A stretch of DNA of 64,000 nucleotides. It comes from Candidatus Gottesmanbacteria bacterium (GTDB lineage: Bacteria; Patescibacteriota; Microgenomatia; UBA10105; UBA927). Where the stretch lies: contig CAWBPL010000002.1 in the NCBI GenBank assembly GCA_963790805.1, positions 512,696 through 576,695 on the forward strand. The letters run 5' to 3'. The position numbers and the translations under genes are program-made. The first letter of the stretch is position 1; every line of letters starts with the position of its first letter. Of the stretch, positions 56,488 to 64,000 are shown one piece after another. The notes under the pieces are model-generated. The model did no database searches and was not told the DNA's origin. It saw nothing but the letters and a program-made list of their open reading frames with translations.

Positions 56488-57333
56488 TTGATGAAAAAGA
56501 ATTCTAAGCCCGTTGAAGTACAAAAAGAGATACCGCTGAAAGCTTTAGGTAAACCAAATGGAAAAGGGGAAGTGAAGCCGACACCGGCCTTTACACAGGC
56601 GCTGGCCCGCGAGATTGTAAAAAATCTGGTCGCGATTGGACAGTTTACTGCGCGCCCGTTTAACCGAGAACGGGACCCGAAGCCCATACAAGTCAAACCT
56701 CCTGAGCTTGGCGATCATCCGGTATTGGTTGATACGAGTATCCTTATTGATGGGAGAATTTTGCCGATCGTTAACAGCGGATTTTTAACAGGAACTCTTC
56801 TTATTCCTCAATTTGTGTTAGGTGAAGTGCAGCATATTGCCGATTCAAGCGATTCGCTGCGGCGTGCGAAGGGGAGAAGAGGATTGGACATTGTGGGTAA
56901 GCTGAAGTGGCAGAGAGTAAACGCACTTCTCAAAGTAAAAATTATCAACGATGATTTACCGGAGGTAAAAGAAGTCGATCACAAGCTGATTGCTCTTGCC
57001 AAGAAATGGCATGAATATCCTGCCGGCCGGCAGATACGGCTTTTGACGGTTGATTTTAACCTCGCCCATCTGGCCCGCGCACAAGGTGTTGTTGTATTAA
57101 ATGTTCATGATATGGCGCAGGCTCTCAAGTTGACGCTGGTGCCAGGTGAGGATGTAACGATAAAAATTTCCCATGAAGGCAAAGAGCGCGCACAAGGGGT
57201 AGGGTATTTAACTGATGGCACGATGGTCATTATTGATGAAGCCAAAGACAAAGTAGGCATGGATGTTGTGGCAGTTGTAACCAAAATCCATCAAACTCCG
57301 GCGGGGCAGCTGTTTTTCGCACGATTGAAATAA
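56488..57333 (+). CDS. PIN + TRAM domain protein (YacL-like)
   Basis: PIN VLVDTSILIDGRI and C-terminal TRAM (GEDVTIKISHEGKERAQGVGYL...). radA-yacL synteny as in Firmicutes. Confidence 0.8.
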   Translation: MMKKNSKPVEVQKEIPLKALGKPNGKGEVKPTPAFTQALAREIVKNLVAIGQFTARPFNRERDPKPIQVKPPELGDHPVLVDTSILIDGRILPIVNSGFLTGTLLIPQFVLGEVQHIADSSDSLRRAKGRRGLDIVGKLKWQRVNALLKVKIINDDLPEVKEVDHKLIALAKKWHEYPAGRQIRLLTVDFNLAHLARAQGVVVLNVHDMAQALKLTLVPGEDVTIKISHEGKERAQGVGYLTDGTMVIIDEAKDKVGMDVVAVVTKIHQTPAGQLFFARLK

Positions 57334-58342
57334 TTTGGGGTTCCTGCTTATTATTCTCGCTAGCGCCGCACCAACAACCAGTCAGGATAATCTTTTTGTT
57401 CACACTATATTACCCACAGGTAGCATTTTTGTCTGTTGTAGCAGGTTGTGTACGCTCGAATAACAAACAGGAGCTCTCCTTATTTTTTAGCAGCCATCCG
57501 CTCCTTTTACCCCAATAGGGAGCTACCAATACATATTTTTGTCCGAATGAATGCTACGACATTCATTGGGTACGTGCGAGGCTGATTGTGTGATCAGAGA
57601 GCACCGAAAGAGGGGGTACGATTCGATGAGGATCAAAAATATCGTATTGGAGATCCTGTACATTCACAACTTATCCACAATTATTTCTTAAAAGTTATTT
57701 AGGTTGTTGGAACAGTCTATATTTGAATAATAAAACTATAAGACTATGATATTTTCGAATGAAATTTCCTATGGGACTTGACAAGGACTTTTTCACGTGT
57801 TTCAATGAATACGTGACACGACTACCGCAAGATCATTTGGGGTCTGGAGGCTTCTTAGGAGCTTTCAGGCAAGGTTTAGCATCCCTCTTGGGCAGAGGGA
57901 AGAAAGAGCGCCTTTCACCTCTGGCGCAGGAGCGTATGCGCTTCGAAGAAGAGGTGCACGAACAGTTCGTGAAGTTAAAGGAAAAAGGAATCAGTATTCC
58001 GATCTTTACACTGTGACTCGTCAGTATAAAGAGAAACGGCGAGCGTGATGCGAAGCGGGAAGGGGAATTCTCTTTCCCAAAAAAAAGCATCACTACCGCT
58101 AGCAATTGGGTTAAGGTTTAGCTACGAGTAGTAATGCCTTTTGTAAAGGGTAACGGTCTGATTGGGCAAAAAGATCGTTACCTATTTGATGACAATACCA
58201 ACCTCTATTTTTCTTGTCAAATATTTTTTTGAAGCTAAAGAGATCCATTTGGATTGCTAGAACAAAATATTTTCATCGACAAATTTTGGCCGTGAAATGA
58301 TTTCGTCGGAATTAGTTTTTCATAGAGAAATGTGCTTCAGTC

Positions 58343-58588
58343 GCTTTCCATTTTGTGCGCATCCGTCAAGAAGGCTTGAGCTTGGTGGGTGGCACGGATT
58401 GAAGGGATTGCGACTCGCGCAGATTTGGGTGGATCAACGTTTCCACCATAAACAGTCAAGCGATTTGACTCGGTAGATATTTTAGATAAGCTGAATAATG
58501 GTTCATCGAGCACTGGCGGGAAGAAAATCCGTGACAGGACCCATAAGTGTGGAGTTTTTGCGCATGACGGTGCTGCAAAATGGAAAGC
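58343..58588. repeat. 246-bp element bounded by 13-bp perfect inverted repeats (plus a 6-bp extension)
   Basis: GCTTTCCATTTTG-TGCGCA at 58343-58361, versus TGCGCA (58559-58564) and CAAAATGGAAAGC (58576-58588). Nested pairing 58393-58400/58526-58533 and three internal hairpins. Confidence 0.5.
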
Positions 58589-58699
58589 TCCCTCCACACA
58601 ATAGGTTGACAATCCATATTTCTCGATATACAATCCCTGCGAATCAATCTTTATATACATTTTCGAGTAGAAAAAGTATACGTAAAGAAGAGATTGAGT

Positions 58700-58786
58700 A
58701 AAAAACGCGCACGCGTGTTTTCTGTGGGGGATAGTTTGTTGGGCAGGCGAGCTATCTCCCACAGAGGACATAATGGCGCGTTTTTT
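58700..58786 (-). terminator. Compound stem-loop terminator after the GT-C operon
   Basis: Outer AAAAAACGCGC/GCGCGTTTTTT (11 bp) encloses TGTGGGGGATAG/CTATCTCCCACA. On the minus strand it ends in a T6 tract. Confidence 0.7.
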
Positions 58787-58792
58787 GTTGGT

Positions 58793-60340
58793 CTATTGTT
58801 TCGGAATTTCTACGATAAGAGCCGCAGCATCGCGAAATGCGTCAGATGTATAGGGCGCGTAATACCGAATTGCGCTGGGGTAACGATTCATGAGTTGATC
58901 GGTAAAGCGTTCGTTCTCAAGAATGGGAGCCAAAACAAAAATCGTATTTCGCTTCGGATTAATCGGCGTTGTCATCATAAAATCCCGTTTCGCATACCAT
59001 GTATAGGATGTGCGAAACGGATCACCGTTTTGATACAGAATATAGGTGAGGATTTCGCGGGGGAAATTATCGGTAAGATATATGTCAGAGGAGGACTGCT
59101 GGGTTTTGAGAAAATTCGCCACAACAAACGTTTCGGGATGAAAACCGTCCGGCTGTCTTCGATTGCTCCCCAAATATGTCATGTAGGTTGCGATTGCGCT
59201 TATGGTTATGAAATACAGGATAAAAAATAGTTCAACGGTTTTTTTATTCTCTTTCGCCGGATGCGATATCCATTGAATCATAACGATTATTCCGTAGGCG
59301 ATGAAAAAATAGACAGTTGGAATCGCTCCGATTGCGCGATTCCCGTTGGGTGTAGAAAGGATTGCAGGAAGCAAACTTACGAAGAACCATCCAAGCATAA
59401 ACCAAAGTCGCCGGTCTTTGTGCCGGATTGCCTCAACGATGACAATGACAAATGAGAAAGGAAACAAAAAAAGCGCCGGCGGATCCAGAAGCGGATTATT
59501 GATAAAAAAATCATTGCCGTTTCCGCGCCAGACGAATAATCCTGCGGTTGCAATGATATTTTGAATAAGCGGGGTGAGTGAATGGGTATGAGCCATTTGT
59601 TGAGTCACCAGAAGGTATGTAGTACGTCCAATAAGGATATTCCAGTTGGTCATGCCATAGATGATCATGGGTGCGCTACAAAAGAGAAAGCATGCAACAA
59701 AGATGAGCATAGAGCTTCTATATTTTTTTCGGAATGATCGCCGAAAGAGAAGTGCTGCGCCGAGCCCTGCACATACCACCACTGGGATAATTCTTCCCGC
59801 ATCATAGGTATAGAGAATAAGAGCGGTTGCGGCACCAGATGCGACAAACCACCATCGTCTCTTGGTTGTTATAGCAAGATAGATGCATAAAAAAATAAGG
59901 GTTGTTACGGTAGGTACCGTTATGGCTCTCCAGCCGGATCTGCTCATCACAATGTGCCATCCTGAGGTCGCGACCAGCCATGCGGCCAGAAACGAAATGG
60001 TTCTCGGATACAGTTTTCGAAGGAAGATATATAAAAGCGGAATAAGGAGAATTCCCCACAGGGCACTTGCGGTTTTGATTGTTGTTGTGGTGTTTCCGAT
60101 AAGTGGCGTGAGAGCAACAACGGTCAGCCGGATAATGGGCTCGCCATGCCATTGGGCGGCATAGGGCACAAAGTCTTTCCAATTGCCCTGAAGAATTGAG
60201 CGGGCTGCAGATCCTTCCCACGCAGCATCGTTATTAATTCCCAAGGGCACGTCGGCTATCCGATAGAGACGGAAAAAAACTGTTGCCGCAACAAGAACAA
60301 CAACGAGGAGCAGTCGTTTGGCATTATGTGTTATTTCCAT
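58793..60340 (-). CDS. GT-C glycosyltransferase (family 39 / ArnT-PMT-like)
   Basis: 515 aa with more than 10 TM and a soluble C-terminal domain. Confidence 0.75.
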   Translation of the reverse strand: MEITHNAKRLLLVVVLVAATVFFRLYRIADVPLGINNDAAWEGSAARSILQGNWKDFVPYAAQWHGEPIIRLTVVALTPLIGNTTTTIKTASALWGILLIPLLYIFLRKLYPRTISFLAAWLVATSGWHIVMSRSGWRAITVPTVTTLIFLCIYLAITTKRRWWFVASGAATALILYTYDAGRIIPVVVCAGLGAALLFRRSFRKKYRSSMLIFVACFLFCSAPMIIYGMTNWNILIGRTTYLLVTQQMAHTHSLTPLIQNIIATAGLFVWRGNGNDFFINNPLLDPPALFLFPFSFVIVIVEAIRHKDRRLWFMLGWFFVSLLPAILSTPNGNRAIGAIPTVYFFIAYGIIVMIQWISHPAKENKKTVELFFILYFITISAIATYMTYLGSNRRQPDGFHPETFVVANFLKTQQSSSDIYLTDNFPREILTYILYQNGDPFRTSYTWYAKRDFMMTTPINPKRNTIFVLAPILENERFTDQLMNRYPSAIRYYAPYTSDAFRDAAALIVEIPKQ

Positions 60341-60344
60341 GGCG

Positions 60345-62087
60345 TCAGCGGCACAGCGTTTGCGTTGTAAAGATGGCGTACTGTCTGCTTCGCGAGAGAA
60401 ATACCGGCCGGTACGTTTTCAAAAAATACGATAAATTGATGTTCGGAAGGTTGGGATCATTCGTAACATTTTCCACCGTTACATAGGATATGTGGTATTT
60501 GGCAAAGATGGGGCAAAATGTATTTTTATCTCTGCTTTCATACATGATGTTCATAATGGGCATTCTGTTTTCTTTATATCCTGCGCTCCATGCAAAATAC
60601 GGCCAGCCCAAGAATATCGGTCTGCCCGCGATTGAAGCCGGATGGTAGAGATAACTGCTGTTTAAAAAAACCGCGCCACTGGGAGTATTTTGATAAATCC
60701 ACGTTGCCACCTCATTGGCCGGAATGTCGGCGATTGATCCTTTGGTATCGTTAAACACCACAAAGAAATCAATAATCCCAGTAAGCGTCAGAAATACGAT
60801 ACAGATTATTACGACGGCATAAATATATATACGAAGGAGGATGTTGTGGGTATGGGTCCTAACCAGTTTCCATGCGGTTACGAGAATATACGCAGAGATC
60901 ATGTCGCCCATGGCCATAACGAAATTAAACAATTTATGGTTCGCTGAAGCTTCAACGGAAAATTTAAAGAGATTGGGGATAATGAAAAGCGGAATGATAG
61001 GCAGAATAGCGCGGCGTGCATTTTTGGGAATGAGAAAAAATCCTAATGGTATAAGAATGCTATGAAGCCCCAAATTTTGCCACCAGAATGTGATCATATG
61101 CCAGAGCATGAGAGGAATTTTTTGCTGGGCTAATAGTTCGTTATGGATGATGTAGCCCGGATACCATTCAACGGCTTTTACCTCATTTTGCAAAAGAAAA
61201 AGTTGCGGAATGATGAATATGGCGCTTATAACGCCGGTTGCAAAAAGAAACATCCGCTTTTCAGGGAATAACAGGAAATAACAGATTAAGAATATCGCAA
61301 GAATAATAAGTGACGGCGGGTGGAAATAGGGGAATATGCCGAATAGTATGCCCCACGGGATGGCGGCTGTGATCTGATTCTGAAGCGAAGTCTTTTTGCG
61401 CGTGATGACGGTGTAAAGATAAAAAAGAACCAGTGCAAATGCGACAGCGAGATGCCGTTGATTGGTATAGATATTGAGGTTCCAGAATGCCGTAATTTCG
61501 CCCGGTCCCCACGGGGCGAATGCCGGAAAATCTTTGGCCCTCACGATGTCGGTGAACGTATTGATTGATAACGGATGGAGCGTAAAAAATCGAAGGAATC
61601 CGAGCGATCCGTTAAAAAGGAAAAAAATGACCGTTAAGACTCCGACTGCGGTTGATTGAAAAAGTTTTTTTGCAATGAGATATAAAAATGCGAGGGTAAG
61701 GAAGAATCCAAGAGTACTGGGTACATTTAGTGCCCAATCGATGCGAATACCGAGTTTTTCCAGAATTCCAACAAACATAAAAAACAAATAATGGTACCGG
61801 ATCGGTTCGCCGGGGAAAATGGGATATTCTACTTTGCCATGAATAAACCGCGTGAGATTATCACCCATGGAAAATGAACGGATAAGCGGTATGTGTGCGC
61901 TAAAGTCGCTCCACAATTTGAACGCCACCTGAAACGAATGCGTTTCACTATCGTAGGAAAACGTATGGAACATGAGCCAAAATGAAAAGACAAAAAGAAC
62001 AGCAAAGAAGACTATATCAAATCGTTCGAAATGCTTTTTGAAAAGGACGCCCGCTTGTTTTAGTTGGGAATAAATGGTTGTTTTCAT
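60345..62087 (-). CDS. Large polytopic membrane protein, GT-C-like (DUF2298/YYY-like?)
   Basis: 580 aa with many TM. WSDFSAHIPLIRSF...EYPIFPGEPIRYHY motif. 4-nt gap to the downstream GT-C gene. Confidence 0.6.
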   Translation of the reverse strand: MKTTIYSQLKQAGVLFKKHFERFDIVFFAVLFVFSFWLMFHTFSYDSETHSFQVAFKLWSDFSAHIPLIRSFSMGDNLTRFIHGKVEYPIFPGEPIRYHYLFFMFVGILEKLGIRIDWALNVPSTLGFFLTLAFLYLIAKKLFQSTAVGVLTVIFFLFNGSLGFLRFFTLHPLSINTFTDIVRAKDFPAFAPWGPGEITAFWNLNIYTNQRHLAVAFALVLFYLYTVITRKKTSLQNQITAAIPWGILFGIFPYFHPPSLIILAIFLICYFLLFPEKRMFLFATGVISAIFIIPQLFLLQNEVKAVEWYPGYIIHNELLAQQKIPLMLWHMITFWWQNLGLHSILIPLGFFLIPKNARRAILPIIPLFIIPNLFKFSVEASANHKLFNFVMAMGDMISAYILVTAWKLVRTHTHNILLRIYIYAVVIICIVFLTLTGIIDFFVVFNDTKGSIADIPANEVATWIYQNTPSGAVFLNSSYLYHPASIAGRPIFLGWPYFAWSAGYKENRMPIMNIMYESRDKNTFCPIFAKYHISYVTVENVTNDPNLPNINLSYFLKTYRPVFLSRSRQYAIFTTQTLCR

Positions 62088-62164
62088 GCTCGCTCAATGA
62101 ATTCCATCGCCGGTTGAGTGTTGATTGTATAATACCTGAATTGACGTTGGAATTCAGTGCCTTT

Positions 62165-63580
62165 TCAAAAAGTTTTCTTCACGCTTTCATTGATACTGTG
62201 TGCCGCTTTTTGGCCGAGTTCTACTGCATAGTTTGTGCCGCGGTCCCAAGGATAAATGCTGTCCATGTTGGCTAAATAGATTCCATCAATGGGTGTTGTT
62301 AGTTTCGGTGCGATAGCGCTGTAGTGAAGCTGGTGGACGGGCTGCGCGAACGGACCCACAAACATTCTCGCATTGATGATATGAAATTGATGATCAGGCG
62401 AAAGCCGTTTGATAAACGGCAGAAACTCTTGTAATAGTTGCTCTTTGTCCATTGATAAATACCTGTGACCCTGCGGCAGGTAGTTGCCGAAATACGTCAC
62501 ATGATGATTGCCGTAATGCTTTTTATCCATAAAATTGGTGTGGGCCACAGCCGCCAGAAACGGAAATGACCGGTCGGTGATGGAAAGCCAGTAGACATTG
62601 TTTATGATCGGTTTGTCGGTTTCCAGTATGAGCGTTTGGGCGTGCAAATGCGGGATCGAAAGAACCGGTTTGGTATAGCTTTCGGGAAGCGCAGGGAGGA
62701 GTTTGAGCGCAATCGGCGTTGGCACTGTAAGAAGTACGCGGTCAAAGATTTCTTTTTTACCATTAACGGAAAGTGCGAATGAATTTCCCTGAGGCCTTAC
62801 TGATTCGACTGATGTACTTTTTTGTATCGTGCCGCCGGATTTTGTAATGGTTTCTTCCAGCCGCTCAATAAGCGATTGGAATCCGCCCTCAATATAGTAA
62901 AGATTCGGCGTGCGTTTATTGACTCTCGCCCACAACCATGACGCGGCAATTGTTTCATCATACGTTCCGAATTTACCGGTCATAAGGGGTTCCCAGATAA
63001 CCTGCCAACTGGCGGATCCGCCAACCTTGGTAAAAAACTCTTTAGCTGTTATTCCTTCGAGTGTTTGCCAAAAGGGGTACACTTTGCAAAATGCAGCCAT
63101 CGCGCCTGTTCGCAGCCTGTCGATCATGGATAAATAGGGGAATTGGAGAAGGTGGATTGGGGAGTCAAGTTGAAAGATGTTGGAATACGCTTGGGTTGAC
63201 GAAAATTTTCTTGATCCGCTGCTCGCAATAGTCTTTTGCTCCATAGACAGCGATGGTTTTAAGCTCGGGAAGCGATCTTCGAAAATTTTGTCACCCCTCG
63301 CATACATATTAGGCAGATAGTTTGCCGTAATCGGGCGTTTCATGATGAGGTTGTCGCTTATCCCTAATTCTTTCATCAAATCCAGTATCGCCGTGTCGTT
63401 GGTGAAGAGATGATGATAGGCGTATTCCAGTGACCAATCCCAATTTTTTTCCCGATACCCGTAGGCAAGTCCGCCGAGATCTTTGTCCCGTTCAAAGAGC
63501 GTAACCTCGTGGCCGCGTTTGGTAAGTGTATAAGAAGCGGTTAAACCGGTGATGCCGCCACCGATGACAGCGATCTTCAT
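62165..63580 (-). CDS. FAD-dependent oxidoreductase (amine oxidase / phytoene desaturase-like)
   Basis: MKIAVIGGGITGLTASY...ERDKDLGG dinucleotide-binding motif. Start trimmed to ATG 63580. Confidence 0.8.
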   Translation of the reverse strand: MKIAVIGGGITGLTASYTLTKRGHEVTLFERDKDLGGLAYGYREKNWDWSLEYAYHHLFTNDTAILDLMKELGISDNLIMKRPITANYLPNMYARGDKIFEDRFPSLKPSLSMEQKTIASSGSRKFSSTQAYSNIFQLDSPIHLLQFPYLSMIDRLRTGAMAAFCKVYPFWQTLEGITAKEFFTKVGGSASWQVIWEPLMTGKFGTYDETIAASWLWARVNKRTPNLYYIEGGFQSLIERLEETITKSGGTIQKSTSVESVRPQGNSFALSVNGKKEIFDRVLLTVPTPIALKLLPALPESYTKPVLSIPHLHAQTLILETDKPIINNVYWLSITDRSFPFLAAVAHTNFMDKKHYGNHHVTYFGNYLPQGHRYLSMDKEQLLQEFLPFIKRLSPDHQFHIINARMFVGPFAQPVHQLHYSAIAPKLTTPIDGIYLANMDSIYPWDRGTNYAVELGQKAAHSINESVKKTF

Positions 63581-63642
63581 GAGAAGATTGTAGCATATGC
63601 GATTTTCCAAAGTAGAAGATGTGATCTTTCGTATATGTGGTT

Positions 63643-63927
63643 TTATCTGTGATTACCTAACACAGAAGCCATAAGTGTAAGATGAGTAGATCGTCTGACG
63701 GCATCGGGCAGTTGCGCTACAGTATATTCGGGCGGGTGACGGAGGGCAAATTTGATAGATTCCAAAACTTCATCGGCCATACCTCCCTGAGCAATATCGG
63801 TTGCCCACGCCAACACTCGTTCGTCATTGGGATTAAGAACTGTGTCTTCTGGCTTGATTCGCCGTTCAAAGTTATACAGTGCGGCTTCAGCCGTTCTTTC
63901 GTTTTGTCTCCATTCTGTTTCTTTCAT
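63643..63927 (-). CDS. Hypothetical protein (94 aa)
   Basis: ORF only. Confidence 0.4.
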   Translation of the reverse strand: MKETEWRQNERTAEAALYNFERRIKPEDTVLNPNDERVLAWATDIAQGGMADEVLESIKFALRHPPEYTVAQLPDAVRRSTHLTLMASVLGNHR

Positions 63928-64000
63928 ATTAGGCGATTTTACAATCTCATCCTGATAGTGTATACTTGATGTTCAATATGGTGAACAAGGTGGAAATAAT

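Noticed and set aside
57612-57631. GGGGGTACGATTCGATGAGG resembles the 5' end of tmRNA (GGGG....GGATTCGAC.GG)
   Set aside because: No matching T-arm/acceptor 3' strand (TACCCCC-ACCA) within 400 nt downstream. There is none upstream in a permuted arrangement either. I found no tag-peptide reading frame ending in a hydrophobic ..AA stop.
57671-57679. Perfect DnaA box TTATCCACA followed by an AT-rich stretch, with weaker boxes at 57410-57418 (1 mismatch) and about 57396 (2 mismatches). Possible oriC.
   Set aside because: A single perfect 9-mer is expected about once by chance in 64 kb on two strands. Flanking genes converge on this region, which is terminus-like rather than origin-like. No dnaA or dnaN is nearby. 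It would need a GC-skew check.
57759-58016. 85-aa ORF MKFPMGLDKDFF... as a gene
   Set aside because: No SD, no recognisable motif, and it is isolated in the gene-free gap. Not called, but it remains possible.

Overview
Densely coded chromosomal window. It reads like a Candidate Phyla Radiation / Patescibacteria-type genome. That placement is an inference from several observations: archaeal-type UMP kinase, ATP-dependent DNA ligase and EndoQ; several very large GT-C/YfhO-type envelope glycosyltransferases; Pro/Thr-rich and Cys-rich surface proteins; and a 23S-5S rRNA locus with no 16S and a LAGLIDADG group I intron in the 23S. Standard genetic code (TGA is used as a stop, including ATGA overlaps). 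Main blocks: (1) 0-18 kb: housekeeping and repair genes (ABC-2 exporter, pyrH, recF, nnrD, Fic, DNA ligase, EndoQ, pth, acyP, CPBP protease). (2) 18-28.7 kb: a hydrogen/metal/redox neighbourhood. It holds a Met-rich anchored protein, a hypC-like gene, an EamA transporter, an unknown protein starting 'MC', a hydrogenase endopeptidase, a divergent NRAMP with a separately encoded MgtE-N/CBS protein, a minimal two-subunit [NiFe]-hydrogenase, DsbA, VKOR, a Crp/Fnr regulator and Cys-rich secreted proteins. (3) 29-36 kb: ogt, cupredoxin, a CsoR-like repressor with a metallothionein-like tail, trxA-trxB, a GT-C protein, an FNR-like reductase and gdhA. (4) 36.2-41.2 kb: a near-consensus promoter, a short terminator-bounded non-coding unit, tRNA-Ala(UGC), a 38-bp tandem hairpin repeat, boxB/boxA, the intron-containing 23S and the 5S. 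(5) 41.2-53.7 kb: cupin, racemase and GNAT genes separated by a 27-nt repeated motif, then LemA/DUF2207, YfhO, an XRE module and rpsA. (6) 53.7-64 kb: a HAMP sensor, an anchored sugar-binding protein, a radA gene broken by five single-base frameshifts, a PIN-TRAM protein, a 1.46-kb gene-free convergent gap with an inverted-repeat-bounded element, and a GT-C/oxidoreductase operon. No CRISPR array, transposase or prophage genes were recognised. All calls come from reading the sequence and ORF translations. No database search was run.
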